Source: an uncultured virus (IMG/VR IMGVR_UViG_3300030330_002762) (lineage: Duplodnaviria; Heunggongvirae; Uroviricota; Caudoviricetes). Taken from it: DNA of 64,000 nt. Location: IMG/VR virus record IMGVR_UViG_3300030330_002762; one strand, written 5' to 3'. This document shows, piece by piece, positions 37,301-46,497 of the stretch; position 1 is the first letter of the stretch; every line of letters starts with the position of its first letter. A program made the translations under genes and the position numbers. Below the pieces are notes generated by a model. The model ran no database searches, was not told the DNA's origin, and was given only the letters and a program-made list of their open reading frames with translations.

Positions 37301-40300
37301 TTGTATTAATAGAAAAAGATAAATCTATAATTTCTAACGTTGAGTCCCAGTCTGTTCCAACTGGTGATTTCGTCTATGTAGATACTACTGTTAATTTTGA
37401 AATATCGTACTTAGCGTCTGTAGCCAACAATCCTGGTACACAAGGACCGTATTCAAGTTATCAATTTGATGATGATGGTGATATAACGCAATCTGGCAGT
37501 GTCAATATTAACGGAGGAACGCTTGGAATAGGTTGTAGTAATGGTGCATTTGATCAAGCATTTCTTGGTGGAGGAACTAATACTGCGGCTAACACAGCAA
37601 ATTTTATAGAAACAATTAGAAGCCAAGGTCTTGATGATATGCTTTTTATGGATGGATTTAGATTTAGAAGAGCATCATCTCAGTATGCTGAAGATCTAAG
37701 TGATTTAGGTTATACCAGCGCGTTTGGCACTGGTGGTACATATCCTGATCCTTTTAATGGACTAAATTTTACTAGGCCAAGGGCTCTCAGGCAAGGCGGT
37801 GCAGATGCTGGTACATATGGAAGAATGGCTTTATCTCAAATGATAACAACAAATGAGATTGATGGTTTTGCCGGTACGGCATTATCAAATTTAGCTCACT
37901 TTGAAGAAGGTCAAGCTTTTAAGTTTGAAGGTGACCCGTCTAGAATATATAAAGTTATAGCGTGCCACACATTTTCTGGAACAGCTATTAGAAACCATAC
38001 AATTGCCACCGGTACAAACATGTCTGACCCCGACGCTTTTCATATTTTTGCAGACGTTAATAACGCTGGCTCATATCAAAATCGTTACATGGGAACTGAT
38101 ATTAACAATTGCACACCATGTAGCGGTAATAATTTTGGCGGTAATGATTCATGTGCTGACGCTTGTTTTAGAGCAACTAGGGTAATAGATTTTAGAAGAA
38201 TAGATACTGATACAAATAATGTTACAAATGAGGGTGTTGATTATAGTGTATTTGATCCAAGGGGTCAATTAAAACATGACGGTATTAATGTAGCTAATGA
38301 TAGTAATAGAAGAATAAAATTAATAAAAGTTGCTTTAGCGGAAGTACAAGGATCTGTAGTAGTACCTAGCTCTAATAAAGCTATATTTGAAACAGAACCT
38401 AAAGAATCTGTGGATTTAGATATATACTATGAAGCTAGTCATGCTATACCCATGACACTTAATGAAAACAACTACGCCGCATATATACCTCATGACTGTG
38501 AAGTTAAATTAGAAAGATTTATAAAAGATCGTTATGAGATACCTATAATAAGTGAGTTAACTGAAGAAAATAACCAACTAGTTGTAATACCAAAATTTAA
38601 TCCCTTTGTTTCAAACGTTGGTACTTCATCAAGAGGAAATCCAGTTGTAGCATTAAGAGGTTATGAAACCGAAGACTCAGTTGGTGATAGCTCTCTGTTA
38701 AAGCATGGGATATTTCCAAATGATCAATTAAACTTTATACATAAAAACGGTATAAAAACAAAATCAAAAATATTAAGACATATAGAGAGTACTGGTTTAG
38801 AAGTTGAAATTGTTTCTATTACAGTAGAAAATATAACAGCGTTAGGTCAATTTTCTTTTTACACTGGCACAGGTGTAACTATAAACGAAGATGATAACAT
38901 AGGTTTTGTTAATTACCAATCAAATCTTGGTATTGATACTGGGATGCAGTTAGTTAACGCATATATACCTCAATCTTTTTTTGATGCACTAGCAACTCAG
39001 GTGACTATTTTCCCACAGCTTGCTCCCGTAATAGAAATAATAAACAGTGTTGTACAGCAATTAGGCGGCTTTAACACACCTTTAGATATACCAAGTAACG
39101 TTTATATTGTAAATGTTACAGATGGGTTTAGCGCTTTACTTTCTGACACAACTTGGATGGCTGCACCAGAAGGAGATATAGCTATACCTTTTGTTCTTGA
39201 GTTAGTAAAACCAACGGGTTACTACGAGATAGACAAAGAAACATGGAGATATCCTATAGATTTAAGTTGGCACAATTGTTATACTTTTGGAAATGGATTA
39301 GAGTCTGATAGAGTAAGAGATGACTTTAATGCTCCTCAATTAAATAATGGCGTAAAAGCTTCTACAACAGTAACCGAGTATGGAGAAGAAAATAGATCTA
39401 GTGGAATAATATATTCTGGCGTGTATAACTCAAGATCTAGTGTAAACAAACTCAATGAGTTTAACATGTCTGAAAAAATAACCAAAGACTTAAATCCAGC
39501 ATATGGTTCGATTCAAGCTCTTAAGACAAGAGATACCGACGTTGTTGTTTTTGCTGAAGACAAAGTACTAAAGGTATTAGCTAATAAAGATGCTTTATTT
39601 AACGCTGATGGTAATCCGCAACTAACAGCTTCTGATAAAGTTCTTGGCACAGCTATTCCTTTTGTAGGAGACTATGGTATATCTAAAAATCCAGAATCAT
39701 TAGCTAGTGATCAATATAGAATTTATTTTGCCGATAAACAAAGAGGCGCTATATTAAGATTATCAAGAGATGGTTTAACTCCTATATCAAGTGTAGGTAT
39801 GAAATCTTGGTTTAGAAATAATCTTAGAATGACTTCTAAAATTTTAGGAACATTTGACGTGGTTAACGGCGAATACAACGTTTCTCTTACTATACCTGCT
39901 TTTCCTAATATAAAAACAATTTCTTTTAATGAAGCTACTAAAGGTTGGGTTAGTTTTAAATCATATAGACCTAGTAGTGGTGTTTCTGTTTCTGGAAAAT
40001 ACTTAACTTCTTTTAAAGCTAGTGTGTATGAAAATAACGCTAGTTCTACATCCAGAAATATTTTTTACGACGATCAAGAGCCTAATGCCTCAGTTTTAGA
40101 AGTTATGTTTAATGATATGCCTAGCACTGTTAAATCTTTCACTGCTATTGACTACGAAGGAACTCAAGCTAGAATTAGCATTGATAATAATGATAGCGAA
40201 TATTATAATCTACAAGAAAAACCTGGTTGGTATGTTGATTCAATTTCTACAGATATAGAATCAGGTGATACATACAATTTTGTAAACAAAGAAAACAAAT

Positions 40301-40512
40301 GGTTCGCCAAGATATGTGGTGAAGAGAATGTGTTTGACACCTCACACTTTGCTATACAAGGGTTAGGTTTTGCAACCTCTGAACCAATTTTAATTGAACA
40401 AACAAGTGGAGGAGATGTTAACACTAGTGTAGATAGCAATGACAGTAACGAAGTAAATATAGATACACAAACGCCAATGAATTTAACAATACGAAATAAT
40501 CCAAATCATTAA
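34330..40512 (+). CDS. Large tail protein (nozzle/stabilization protein-like, 2060 aa)
   Basis: F..GKMNKD.D start, LLFFTDN.NEPKKINI, FAYRYKY.DGE.S..SPFS, YGISKNPES, GWVSF. Confidence 0.75.
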   Translation: MPDIKHTFTGGKMNKDVDTRFVPQGDYRHAENVQVRTTQGDSTGEGNSGSVQNVRGTSILGSINFDGFINPNYDCVGSIADEKNDKAYFLFRGPSPAMVTGEGKAPIVYADMIAEYNLTNNLELEPVLVDVKGYWSSVSDLLDTESAGTAYVNINISSSSGLYDAIRVQNADSIRIGMRVTPLGVTFSGDPQVFVKDIITFDESNDSRLILLSVPQSLTTGLLPDLGSVLFSMPIKDRLLNFNPQQISAINIIDDLLFFTDNFNEPKKINIPRCKAGTTSFSSHTKMMVTDPRDSDDIVDVADVEFIGVSDTSFLNNDLLIDNVTVIRKPPKTPPSIHVTKREEIDLSVPVDFVPTDSMLTDGGIGDILTLQSNTFTQTNYKVGDVLKMQSQEDQFLSLTVTFMSYTTALSVDDLDESEEDSLGVNAPVVSVLTPTDTIQVSLVSINLLTGGGLDTTDDEWIVSFDFENDINQKKLFELKFPRFAYRYKYDDGECSSFSPFSEVAFFPGDFDYDVKKGYNLGMTNHAFELVIKDFIPIYTHRDLDVSAVDILVKTTDDANVYILKTIKRGIDPEWELFTTGEDISGFTLQPTFKTGELTLTSEMIHSVLPGNQLLRAWDNVPTKAKAQEMTGSRLLFANYTQGYDLKNSVSLTQSIISENTPTLSNPERSVKTNRSYKWGLVFGDKYGRETPVLDSSYIIGDETTGFKSITGDTVVPQTLCAFRNRFIMKQDWNDPSQQDTANQPDSWIDYVKYYVKETSSEYYNLILDRWYYAKEEENIWLSFDTSDRNKIDEETYLFLKGQHGTPKPVIERDARYKVIAIENEAPIFIKTENRILGDIKLTNSETGVASDTSSDPPNNLLTARSINIPGDNTGTSTAGTSSIGSFLNQYNIEEAKGQLAFRIIGKMMSGSTVVSEHRFHKITPVNSVQWQGGDASNTYVSWQEPLGNEVNYANHLADVIASDDTLGLEYHIEFIEQIEVNKPEFDGRFFVLIEKDKSIISNVESQSVPTGDFVYVDTTVNFEISYLASVANNPGTQGPYSSYQFDDDGDITQSGSVNINGGTLGIGCSNGAFDQAFLGGGTNTAANTANFIETIRSQGLDDMLFMDGFRFRRASSQYAEDLSDLGYTSAFGTGGTYPDPFNGLNFTRPRALRQGGADAGTYGRMALSQMITTNEIDGFAGTALSNLAHFEEGQAFKFEGDPSRIYKVIACHTFSGTAIRNHTIATGTNMSDPDAFHIFADVNNAGSYQNRYMGTDINNCTPCSGNNFGGNDSCADACFRATRVIDFRRIDTDTNNVTNEGVDYSVFDPRGQLKHDGINVANDSNRRIKLIKVALAEVQGSVVVPSSNKAIFETEPKESVDLDIYYEASHAIPMTLNENNYAAYIPHDCEVKLERFIKDRYEIPIISELTEENNQLVVIPKFNPFVSNVGTSSRGNPVVALRGYETEDSVGDSSLLKHGIFPNDQLNFIHKNGIKTKSKILRHIESTGLEVEIVSITVENITALGQFSFYTGTGVTINEDDNIGFVNYQSNLGIDTGMQLVNAYIPQSFFDALATQVTIFPQLAPVIEIINSVVQQLGGFNTPLDIPSNVYIVNVTDGFSALLSDTTWMAAPEGDIAIPFVLELVKPTGYYEIDKETWRYPIDLSWHNCYTFGNGLESDRVRDDFNAPQLNNGVKASTTVTEYGEENRSSGIIYSGVYNSRSSVNKLNEFNMSEKITKDLNPAYGSIQALKTRDTDVVVFAEDKVLKVLANKDALFNADGNPQLTASDKVLGTAIPFVGDYGISKNPESLASDQYRIYFADKQRGAILRLSRDGLTPISSVGMKSWFRNNLRMTSKILGTFDVVNGEYNVSLTIPAFPNIKTISFNEATKGWVSFKSYRPSSGVSVSGKYLTSFKASVYENNASSTSRNIFYDDQEPNASVLEVMFNDMPSTVKSFTAIDYEGTQARISIDNNDSEYYNLQEKPGWYVDSISTDIESGDTYNFVNKENKWFAKICGEENVFDTSHFAIQGLGFATSEPILIEQTSGGDVNTSVDSNDSNEVNIDTQTPMNLTIRNNPNH

Positions 40513-40514
40513 TT

Positions 40515-42251
40515 ATGGGAAATTTAGAAAACTGCATACTATTAAATGGTGCTGGCGAACAAATCGACAATCCATTTGTTATTTTTACAGTAGAAGAAAA
40601 TTCTGGCGATACCGCTGGCAGTACCACCGCTCAACTAGAACCTATGCAATTTGGCGTAGACTCTAATAACGAGGCAAACATGCTAGATCCTGGTGTTTAT
40701 AAATTTAGAATAGCACCCGCTGTAACTGGTTGGCGTGTTACAATTAATAACTTCAGTATATCTGGTGTTCAAGAATCAAACCCATATGGCACTTCTACAC
40801 CGCCTAACACACCTGATATAACTCAAGAAAGAATTGCTATTTCAGCTGGTGCTATTGAGTGGGTGAATGGTGAGCAAGGAAATAATGATTTAACAGTTAC
40901 AATGCATGAGGCAATTGAAAGAGTTTACATGCATAACACTGTTATAACAAATACTGAATATCAAGGCAATGGGGGAGCTGCAGACCCCGATAACAACCAA
41001 GTAGAGGTAACAATAAAGTTGAAAGATGACTATCCTATGCCAACAAGTAATTTAACTATAGATCTAGATATTGATGGTGATGCTGAAGACTATGACGAAG
41101 TTGGTGGCGGTGTTGAGATTGAAGGAGGTGCAGCTGATTTTAAATTTCATATTATACCTTATCTTTTTAATCCACACTCTAGTAACACGGGGATTACAAC
41201 TTTTGACTCTGGAGATGGCACGCCAATGACCGGATACTATTCAAATCCTAATAATTACGATGATTCTAGGTTTGAAATTGCACCTAGCATTACTTCAAGT
41301 TTGCAATATGAGCCAAATGTAACTTGCTGCCCAATGTTACAAGACACCGTTAACAACGAAGCTTATATTCTTAGTGACTATATTGACGAGTATGCTGAAA
41401 GTGTGTCATCAGACACGCAGGTGAATGAATTATTTTATGGTGGATGCGGCACGTATGGAGAGTATGTTAGGGGTCAATACGGTGGTGACTATGAAGATAT
41501 TAATGACCCCGAATTTCAAGGTTTAGGCACTGATTTTAGTGCGTACCCAATTGGAGCTACAAATCTTGGGAGTCCTTTTGTTGCTGACTATCAATTAAGT
41601 CAAGTTCAGGGAAACACAGCGCAATTGCATATGGTTGAAGAAGATGTTAATTATAATCCTATGAACGAGTTGTGTAGAGCTATTCAATTCCACAATTACA
41701 ATGGTGTTACTAACACCACCACCAACATGTTTGGTAATACTATAGGGGCTTCAGGCTTACCTGAATCCATTAAGTTTAAATTCAGAGTTGCTAGCGATCC
41801 TTTTATGGGTGTGGCCGATGGTGATATTGTTAATTTAGAAGAAACTAGACCGCTGTTTGTTTGGTTAAAATACACAACTGGAAATAATGTTGATATTGTC
41901 AAAGGGTTTTTGATGCAAAGACCAGCTCAAGATAATGATGGTGATGGAGAAATTACTGGTGCTGGCGAGCTAGCTATAAATGACAGCCCCTTTTTACATA
42001 GTCAAGAAGAAACTACAACAGATGACATTGCTTACCAACCTCAATACGAAATAACAGAAATTGAAAATGCTGGTTATGGTGCTTCAGGTGCAGAGATAGA
42101 GTTATTTTTAAATCCTGATTTTGACTTTGCAGCACCACCTGGTAACGATGGAACAGGTGTTTTAGAGGGTAGTACAATGAAAGTTTTTGTATTTTTTTCA
42201 ATACAAAACGAAAATAATCCAAATATTGGCGGTACCACAGGAGGTTTATAA
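40515..42251 (+). CDS. Acidic virion-associated hypothetical protein
   Basis: 578 aa, D/E/G/N-rich. Confidence 0.65.
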   Translation: MGNLENCILLNGAGEQIDNPFVIFTVEENSGDTAGSTTAQLEPMQFGVDSNNEANMLDPGVYKFRIAPAVTGWRVTINNFSISGVQESNPYGTSTPPNTPDITQERIAISAGAIEWVNGEQGNNDLTVTMHEAIERVYMHNTVITNTEYQGNGGAADPDNNQVEVTIKLKDDYPMPTSNLTIDLDIDGDAEDYDEVGGGVEIEGGAADFKFHIIPYLFNPHSSNTGITTFDSGDGTPMTGYYSNPNNYDDSRFEIAPSITSSLQYEPNVTCCPMLQDTVNNEAYILSDYIDEYAESVSSDTQVNELFYGGCGTYGEYVRGQYGGDYEDINDPEFQGLGTDFSAYPIGATNLGSPFVADYQLSQVQGNTAQLHMVEEDVNYNPMNELCRAIQFHNYNGVTNTTTNMFGNTIGASGLPESIKFKFRVASDPFMGVADGDIVNLEETRPLFVWLKYTTGNNVDIVKGFLMQRPAQDNDGDGEITGAGELAINDSPFLHSQEETTTDDIAYQPQYEITEIENAGYGASGAEIELFLNPDFDFAAPPGNDGTGVLEGSTMKVFVFFSIQNENNPNIGGTTGGL

Positions 42252-42275
42252 ATATTTAGTAATTTAAAAAATAAA

Positions 42276-43868
42276 ATGAATAGATCAACTAATTTAATAT
42301 TTGACTTAAGATTAAAATCAAAAAATATCTCTGTGTCTGTTGACGCTGTAGATGTTCCACAATCTTTTATATCAAGAAGTTTTTCTAGAATGAGTAAAGC
42401 TAGAAAAAACTTTTTAAAAACATACGGTGTATCTATACCTAAAAATAATATAATCGTTAAAAACAATAAGTCAATTATATCTTCTAGAGTTTTAAATATT
42501 AACAGTCAAAATGAATTAAAAATTTTTAGTGTTTCTGCTATAACGCCTTTTAACAAAAATGTTATAGTAGCTAAAATATCAATAAATAGTGTTGATGGCA
42601 AAAGAATATTAAATCAACCTTTTTTAAAATTAAAATCTAGCATAACAAACTCCCAGGTACTTGATAAGTTAAAATTTAAACTAGTACCAACTTCTATAAT
42701 AAAAGATTCAGATGGTATAGTCACAGGCTATAATATGAATCTTGTGTACAAAGGTGTGGCGCAAGTATTATCTAATGACAATATAAAATTAGATTTAATA
42801 ATAAACTCTGTAAACAAAACATCTCCAACAAAGTCTATAGATAAGATTAACTTAGGCGCTTCGCACGTCAAAACAATAGGAGAAGAAAGAGATATTAAAA
42901 TATATGGATCTGCAGGTACTAATTTTACTTTTACTGCTACAAATGAAGATAATGTTTCTATACTAGGGGGGTTAGCTAACTCTACTGTAACAACTGATAC
43001 TGGTTTGGTTTTAGAATCAATAACAGGGGTTATACCTGCAAAAGGTTTTTATACAGTTAATTTAATTTTTCCAGAAATACCAACTATTAGATCAACGGCA
43101 GTGAATGGTAGTATGGCTGCTAGTGGTGCTATTAAAGTTATATTTGATGATTTAACTGACGTTAAAGTTGGTGATCAGCTTTTTTCAACAGCTATAGATG
43201 GAAGTAAGTCTATAAAAGTACTAGAGTTAGATCCTGACGGTGACAATGCGAATGAGTGTAATTTATCTCAAAAACTTACAGCTGCTGATGATACAGAAGT
43301 ATTTTTTAAAACGCCTACGAAATATTTTATAAACGTAACAACAACAGATACTTTAAGTTCTAGCTTGCCCGCGACATATCCAATGTTTACTTTAAACCAA
43401 TTTGCAGATCCTCTTTTAACTATAAGAGTAACTACAGATTCTAGACTATACTCTATAAACTCTCAAGCTATTCCAGGTTCTGGAGTTCAAGCATACGATG
43501 TTTATTATACTGGTAGAGCGTTAGAAAAAAATGAAACTCTTGATAAAACTCTTTTTCCGCCCAAGTTTAACAAGTCTTTATTTTTAGATAGAACAGACTC
43601 TGGGTCATTAAGCGTAGTAAAAACACCAAATTTTGAAAGCTCTATTTTTTTTCCTGATACAACCGTTCGAAATAGTGATTGGACAAATACAGATCCGTTA
43701 ACAAATGGTGGTACAAGAGTTTCTATAAACCACAAAGCCCCAGTTTTATCAACCGCCGATGGTGTTGCAAACAATGCTTGCACTATAGATTACGTTTTAA
43801 ATATAATTGAGTGGGGTAGCGAAGACGTAATAATGGAATTAGATTTAGATAACATAATAAACACATAA
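42276..43868 (+). CDS. Putative tail-associated protein
   Basis: 530 aa, beta-rich. Confidence 0.6.
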   Translation: MNRSTNLIFDLRLKSKNISVSVDAVDVPQSFISRSFSRMSKARKNFLKTYGVSIPKNNIIVKNNKSIISSRVLNINSQNELKIFSVSAITPFNKNVIVAKISINSVDGKRILNQPFLKLKSSITNSQVLDKLKFKLVPTSIIKDSDGIVTGYNMNLVYKGVAQVLSNDNIKLDLIINSVNKTSPTKSIDKINLGASHVKTIGEERDIKIYGSAGTNFTFTATNEDNVSILGGLANSTVTTDTGLVLESITGVIPAKGFYTVNLIFPEIPTIRSTAVNGSMAASGAIKVIFDDLTDVKVGDQLFSTAIDGSKSIKVLELDPDGDNANECNLSQKLTAADDTEVFFKTPTKYFINVTTTDTLSSSLPATYPMFTLNQFADPLLTIRVTTDSRLYSINSQAIPGSGVQAYDVYYTGRALEKNETLDKTLFPPKFNKSLFLDRTDSGSLSVVKTPNFESSIFFPDTTVRNSDWTNTDPLTNGGTRVSINHKAPVLSTADGVANNACTIDYVLNIIEWGSEDVIMELDLDNIINT

Positions 43869-43869
43869 T

Positions 43870-44253
43870 ATGAGTACATATACATTAGCTGTAACATTTC
43901 AAAATCCTATTAACATATCAGTAGACGTTGGTGACGATCTTTATTTTACAAACCCATCTACCAACTTTAATAATTCTGGTTTTGATGTTTCAGATTCTAC
44001 TAGTAGTAACATTTTACTTGGAGAAATACAAAGTATAACTACAGATTCAAATTCAACTACTATAGTTTGCAACTACACAAGTGACATAAATAATACTCCA
44101 GGTGAAAATAGTTTTTTTATGTTTAAAAAGAATAAAAAAATAAACACAGCAGCTTTAAAAGGTTATTATTCTAGAGTTGTATTTAAAAATAGATCTTTAA
44201 ACCCATCAGTAATGTATTCTACTACTTGTAGGATTATAGGTAGTAGTAAATAA
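43870..44253 (+). CDS. Putative tail-associated protein
   Basis: INISVDVGD.LYF..FFMF.KN..N...LKGYY. Confidence 0.6.
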   Translation: MSTYTLAVTFQNPINISVDVGDDLYFTNPSTNFNNSGFDVSDSTSSNILLGEIQSITTDSNSTTIVCNYTSDINNTPGENSFFMFKKNKKINTAALKGYYSRVVFKNRSLNPSVMYSTTCRIIGSSK

Positions 44254-44264
44254 CAAGCAAAAAA

Positions 44265-44276
44265 TGTAACTATATA
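44265..44276 (+). promoter_or_regulatory. Putative late promoter motif
   Basis: TGTAACTATATA upstream of internal virion genes. Confidence 0.6.
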
Positions 44277-44302
44277 ATAGTAATTAATTAAAAGAAAAGA
44301 GT

Positions 44303-45022
44303 ATGGATCCATTTACTATAGCTAGTATTGTAACAACGATAGGCACAACCGTGTTTAGCGCTATAGAATCTAGAAGACAAGAAAAAGCAGCTAAAGATAA
44401 AGAAGATGAAGCTCGAAGAGAAATGAATAAGCTTAAGTCTCAGTACGAAAACTTGGATACGAGTAATCCATTTTTAAACATGGAAAATGTAATGGAAGAT
44501 TTAACCATAAATCAAAAGCAAGCTGAATTTCAAAAACAACAATTTCAACAAAGTCAAGCTAATATATTAGAAAGTTTTCGTGAATCTGCTGGTAGTAGTG
44601 GTATAGCAGCATTGGCTCAATCATTATCACGACAAGGACAAATAGCGGCTCAAAAATCTGCTGCTAGTATAGGTGCTCAAGAGGCAGCGAACGAAAGAGC
44701 AAGAGCTCAAATGGCTAGCCAAATACAAAACATGGAGAGACAAGGTGACGTTTACTCAAGATCTTTAGAGCGAGAAAGAATATCAACTCTTTTAGGCATG
44801 TCTCAACAAGAAACAGCTGCTTACGCTCAGCAAGCTGGTATGGCTAGACAGCAAATGATGGAAAGTATATCTAGTGGAGCACAAAATACAGCGTCTATGT
44901 TTGCGGGATTTGGTGATGGTGAAGAAAGACCAGATGTTCAAGGTAGGCAGCAAATTTATAACACAACTACAGGTGAACCACTAGTAAGTTATGATCCTTA
45001 TACTGGAAAAAAATTAACATAA
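44303..45022 (+). CDS. Putative internal virion (ejection) protein
   Basis: MDP + hydrophobic N-term, Q/A-rich helices. Confidence 0.65.
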   Translation: MDPFTIASIVTTIGTTVFSAIESRRQEKAAKDKEDEARREMNKLKSQYENLDTSNPFLNMENVMEDLTINQKQAEFQKQQFQQSQANILESFRESAGSSGIAALAQSLSRQGQIAAQKSAASIGAQEAANERARAQMASQIQNMERQGDVYSRSLERERISTLLGMSQQETAAYAQQAGMARQQMMESISSGAQNTASMFAGFGDGEERPDVQGRQQIYNTTTGEPLVSYDPYTGKKLT

Positions 45023-45031
45023 AAAAAAAAT

Positions 45032-46468
45032 ATGGCAGACGAATTATTAGTAAGAGGTGCTGGTTTAGTAGCACGATCAGAAGGTGTTGGCAACCTAGCC
45101 GGCGCAAAGGCTTTGCAAAATGTTAGTGACTATTTAGCTGAAGGAACAGCTAAAGTTATTCAAAAAAGAAATAAAGAGTTCAACAGAATACTGTCTGAAC
45201 AAATGAATCAACCTGGTATATCAGAGGAGGAGTTGGATAATGTATATAAAAACTTAAACAAACAGAGATTTAGATACGTTTATTTAAACGATAGAAGGCT
45301 TAGAGGTAAAATGGAACAAGAAATTGTAAAGCAAGGTCAACAAAAAGTAGATACTGTTTTAAAAAAAGATGAAATTGCTGACGCTACTAAAAAAGTTTTA
45401 ATTAATACCTCTGGACCAGGTGAAGACGCGTTAGACGAGACTACAAAAGTAAACATAGAAAAAGCTATTACAAATGGTCCAATAAAAGGACCTAATAATG
45501 AAGATGGCTATATAGTGGTGACCGGAGATATTAACACAGACAAAACAAAGTCAGACGCACCAAAGTCAGACGTGCCAGAGTCAGACTCTGTAAAAACAAA
45601 TGAAAAAGAAACAAAAGACACAAAAGCTCAAATTCCATACATGTATGAATTTAGTAGCGAAGTAGACACGGGTATACTGGGAAACTATATAGATAATTAT
45701 TATAAAAAATATTTAGATCCAAACTCTATTTTTAATAATCTTGGTGATGGAGTAGGTGCTAATGAAGTAGACATGGAAACTAGAGGTCCAGACGCTTATA
45801 AAGAAACTGGTATAATAGATCTTAACACTATTAAAAATGATATGAGTAATCTTCCTGAAGGGCTAGAGTTTGTAACTCATAGTGAGTTTATTGATATGAT
45901 AAATTCTAATGGCATGGACGATGTTTCTATTGAAAAATACAGAGCTAATATAGATAAAAAAATTAATCAAGCTCAGAGCTTGCAACCAGGTCAAAACGTA
46001 GATTTTCAATGGCAAGTAGAATTTGACAAAAATAAAACGTTCGTGGTAGATGGTAACGCTGTTTCTATAGCTAGACACGATATATTTGGTAATAGAAATT
46101 TTGAAAAAGATATGATTAAAGGTTTGCAAAATGGAACCTACAAAGATCTAGGTATAAACCTAACAGAAGAACAAGTTAAAGAGCTAGATACAAACGGTGG
46201 AAAAGTAACTGAAGATGATGCCAAAAGAATAACCAAAGAGCTAATAACAAAACCAGAGTATAGAGAATTATTTAATAATTTATTATCTAGTTTTTTAACC
46301 AACATTTCAGAGCAAGTCTATATTGCTTCATTAGATCCAAGCATAAGAAATTCTGCTCCTGAAAAACCAATTTTTATGACCGAAGAAGAAGGTCGTAAAA
46401 AACTTGAAGAAATTGAACAAGAAAAAGATTTACTAAAAACTTCATTATACCAAGGGGGAAAAATATAA
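45032..46468 (+). CDS. Putative internal virion protein
   Basis: Position between ejection-like gene and giant gene. Confidence 0.55.
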   Translation: MADELLVRGAGLVARSEGVGNLAGAKALQNVSDYLAEGTAKVIQKRNKEFNRILSEQMNQPGISEEELDNVYKNLNKQRFRYVYLNDRRLRGKMEQEIVKQGQQKVDTVLKKDEIADATKKVLINTSGPGEDALDETTKVNIEKAITNGPIKGPNNEDGYIVVTGDINTDKTKSDAPKSDVPESDSVKTNEKETKDTKAQIPYMYEFSSEVDTGILGNYIDNYYKKYLDPNSIFNNLGDGVGANEVDMETRGPDAYKETGIIDLNTIKNDMSNLPEGLEFVTHSEFIDMINSNGMDDVSIEKYRANIDKKINQAQSLQPGQNVDFQWQVEFDKNKTFVVDGNAVSIARHDIFGNRNFEKDMIKGLQNGTYKDLGINLTEEQVKELDTNGGKVTEDDAKRITKELITKPEYRELFNNLLSSFLTNISEQVYIASLDPSIRNSAPEKPIFMTEEEGRKKLEEIEQEKDLLKTSLYQGGKI

Positions 46469-46497
46469 AAAATAACACGGGTAACTAACGATACAGT

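Noticed and set aside
45545..45590. Triple AGTCAGAC repeat
   Set aside because: Short in-frame coding repeat (KSDAP/KSDVP/ESDSV) in a linker
46478..46487. CGGGTAAC shared with the ncRNA hairpin near 10725
   Set aside because: An 8-nt match with only two occurrences could be chance
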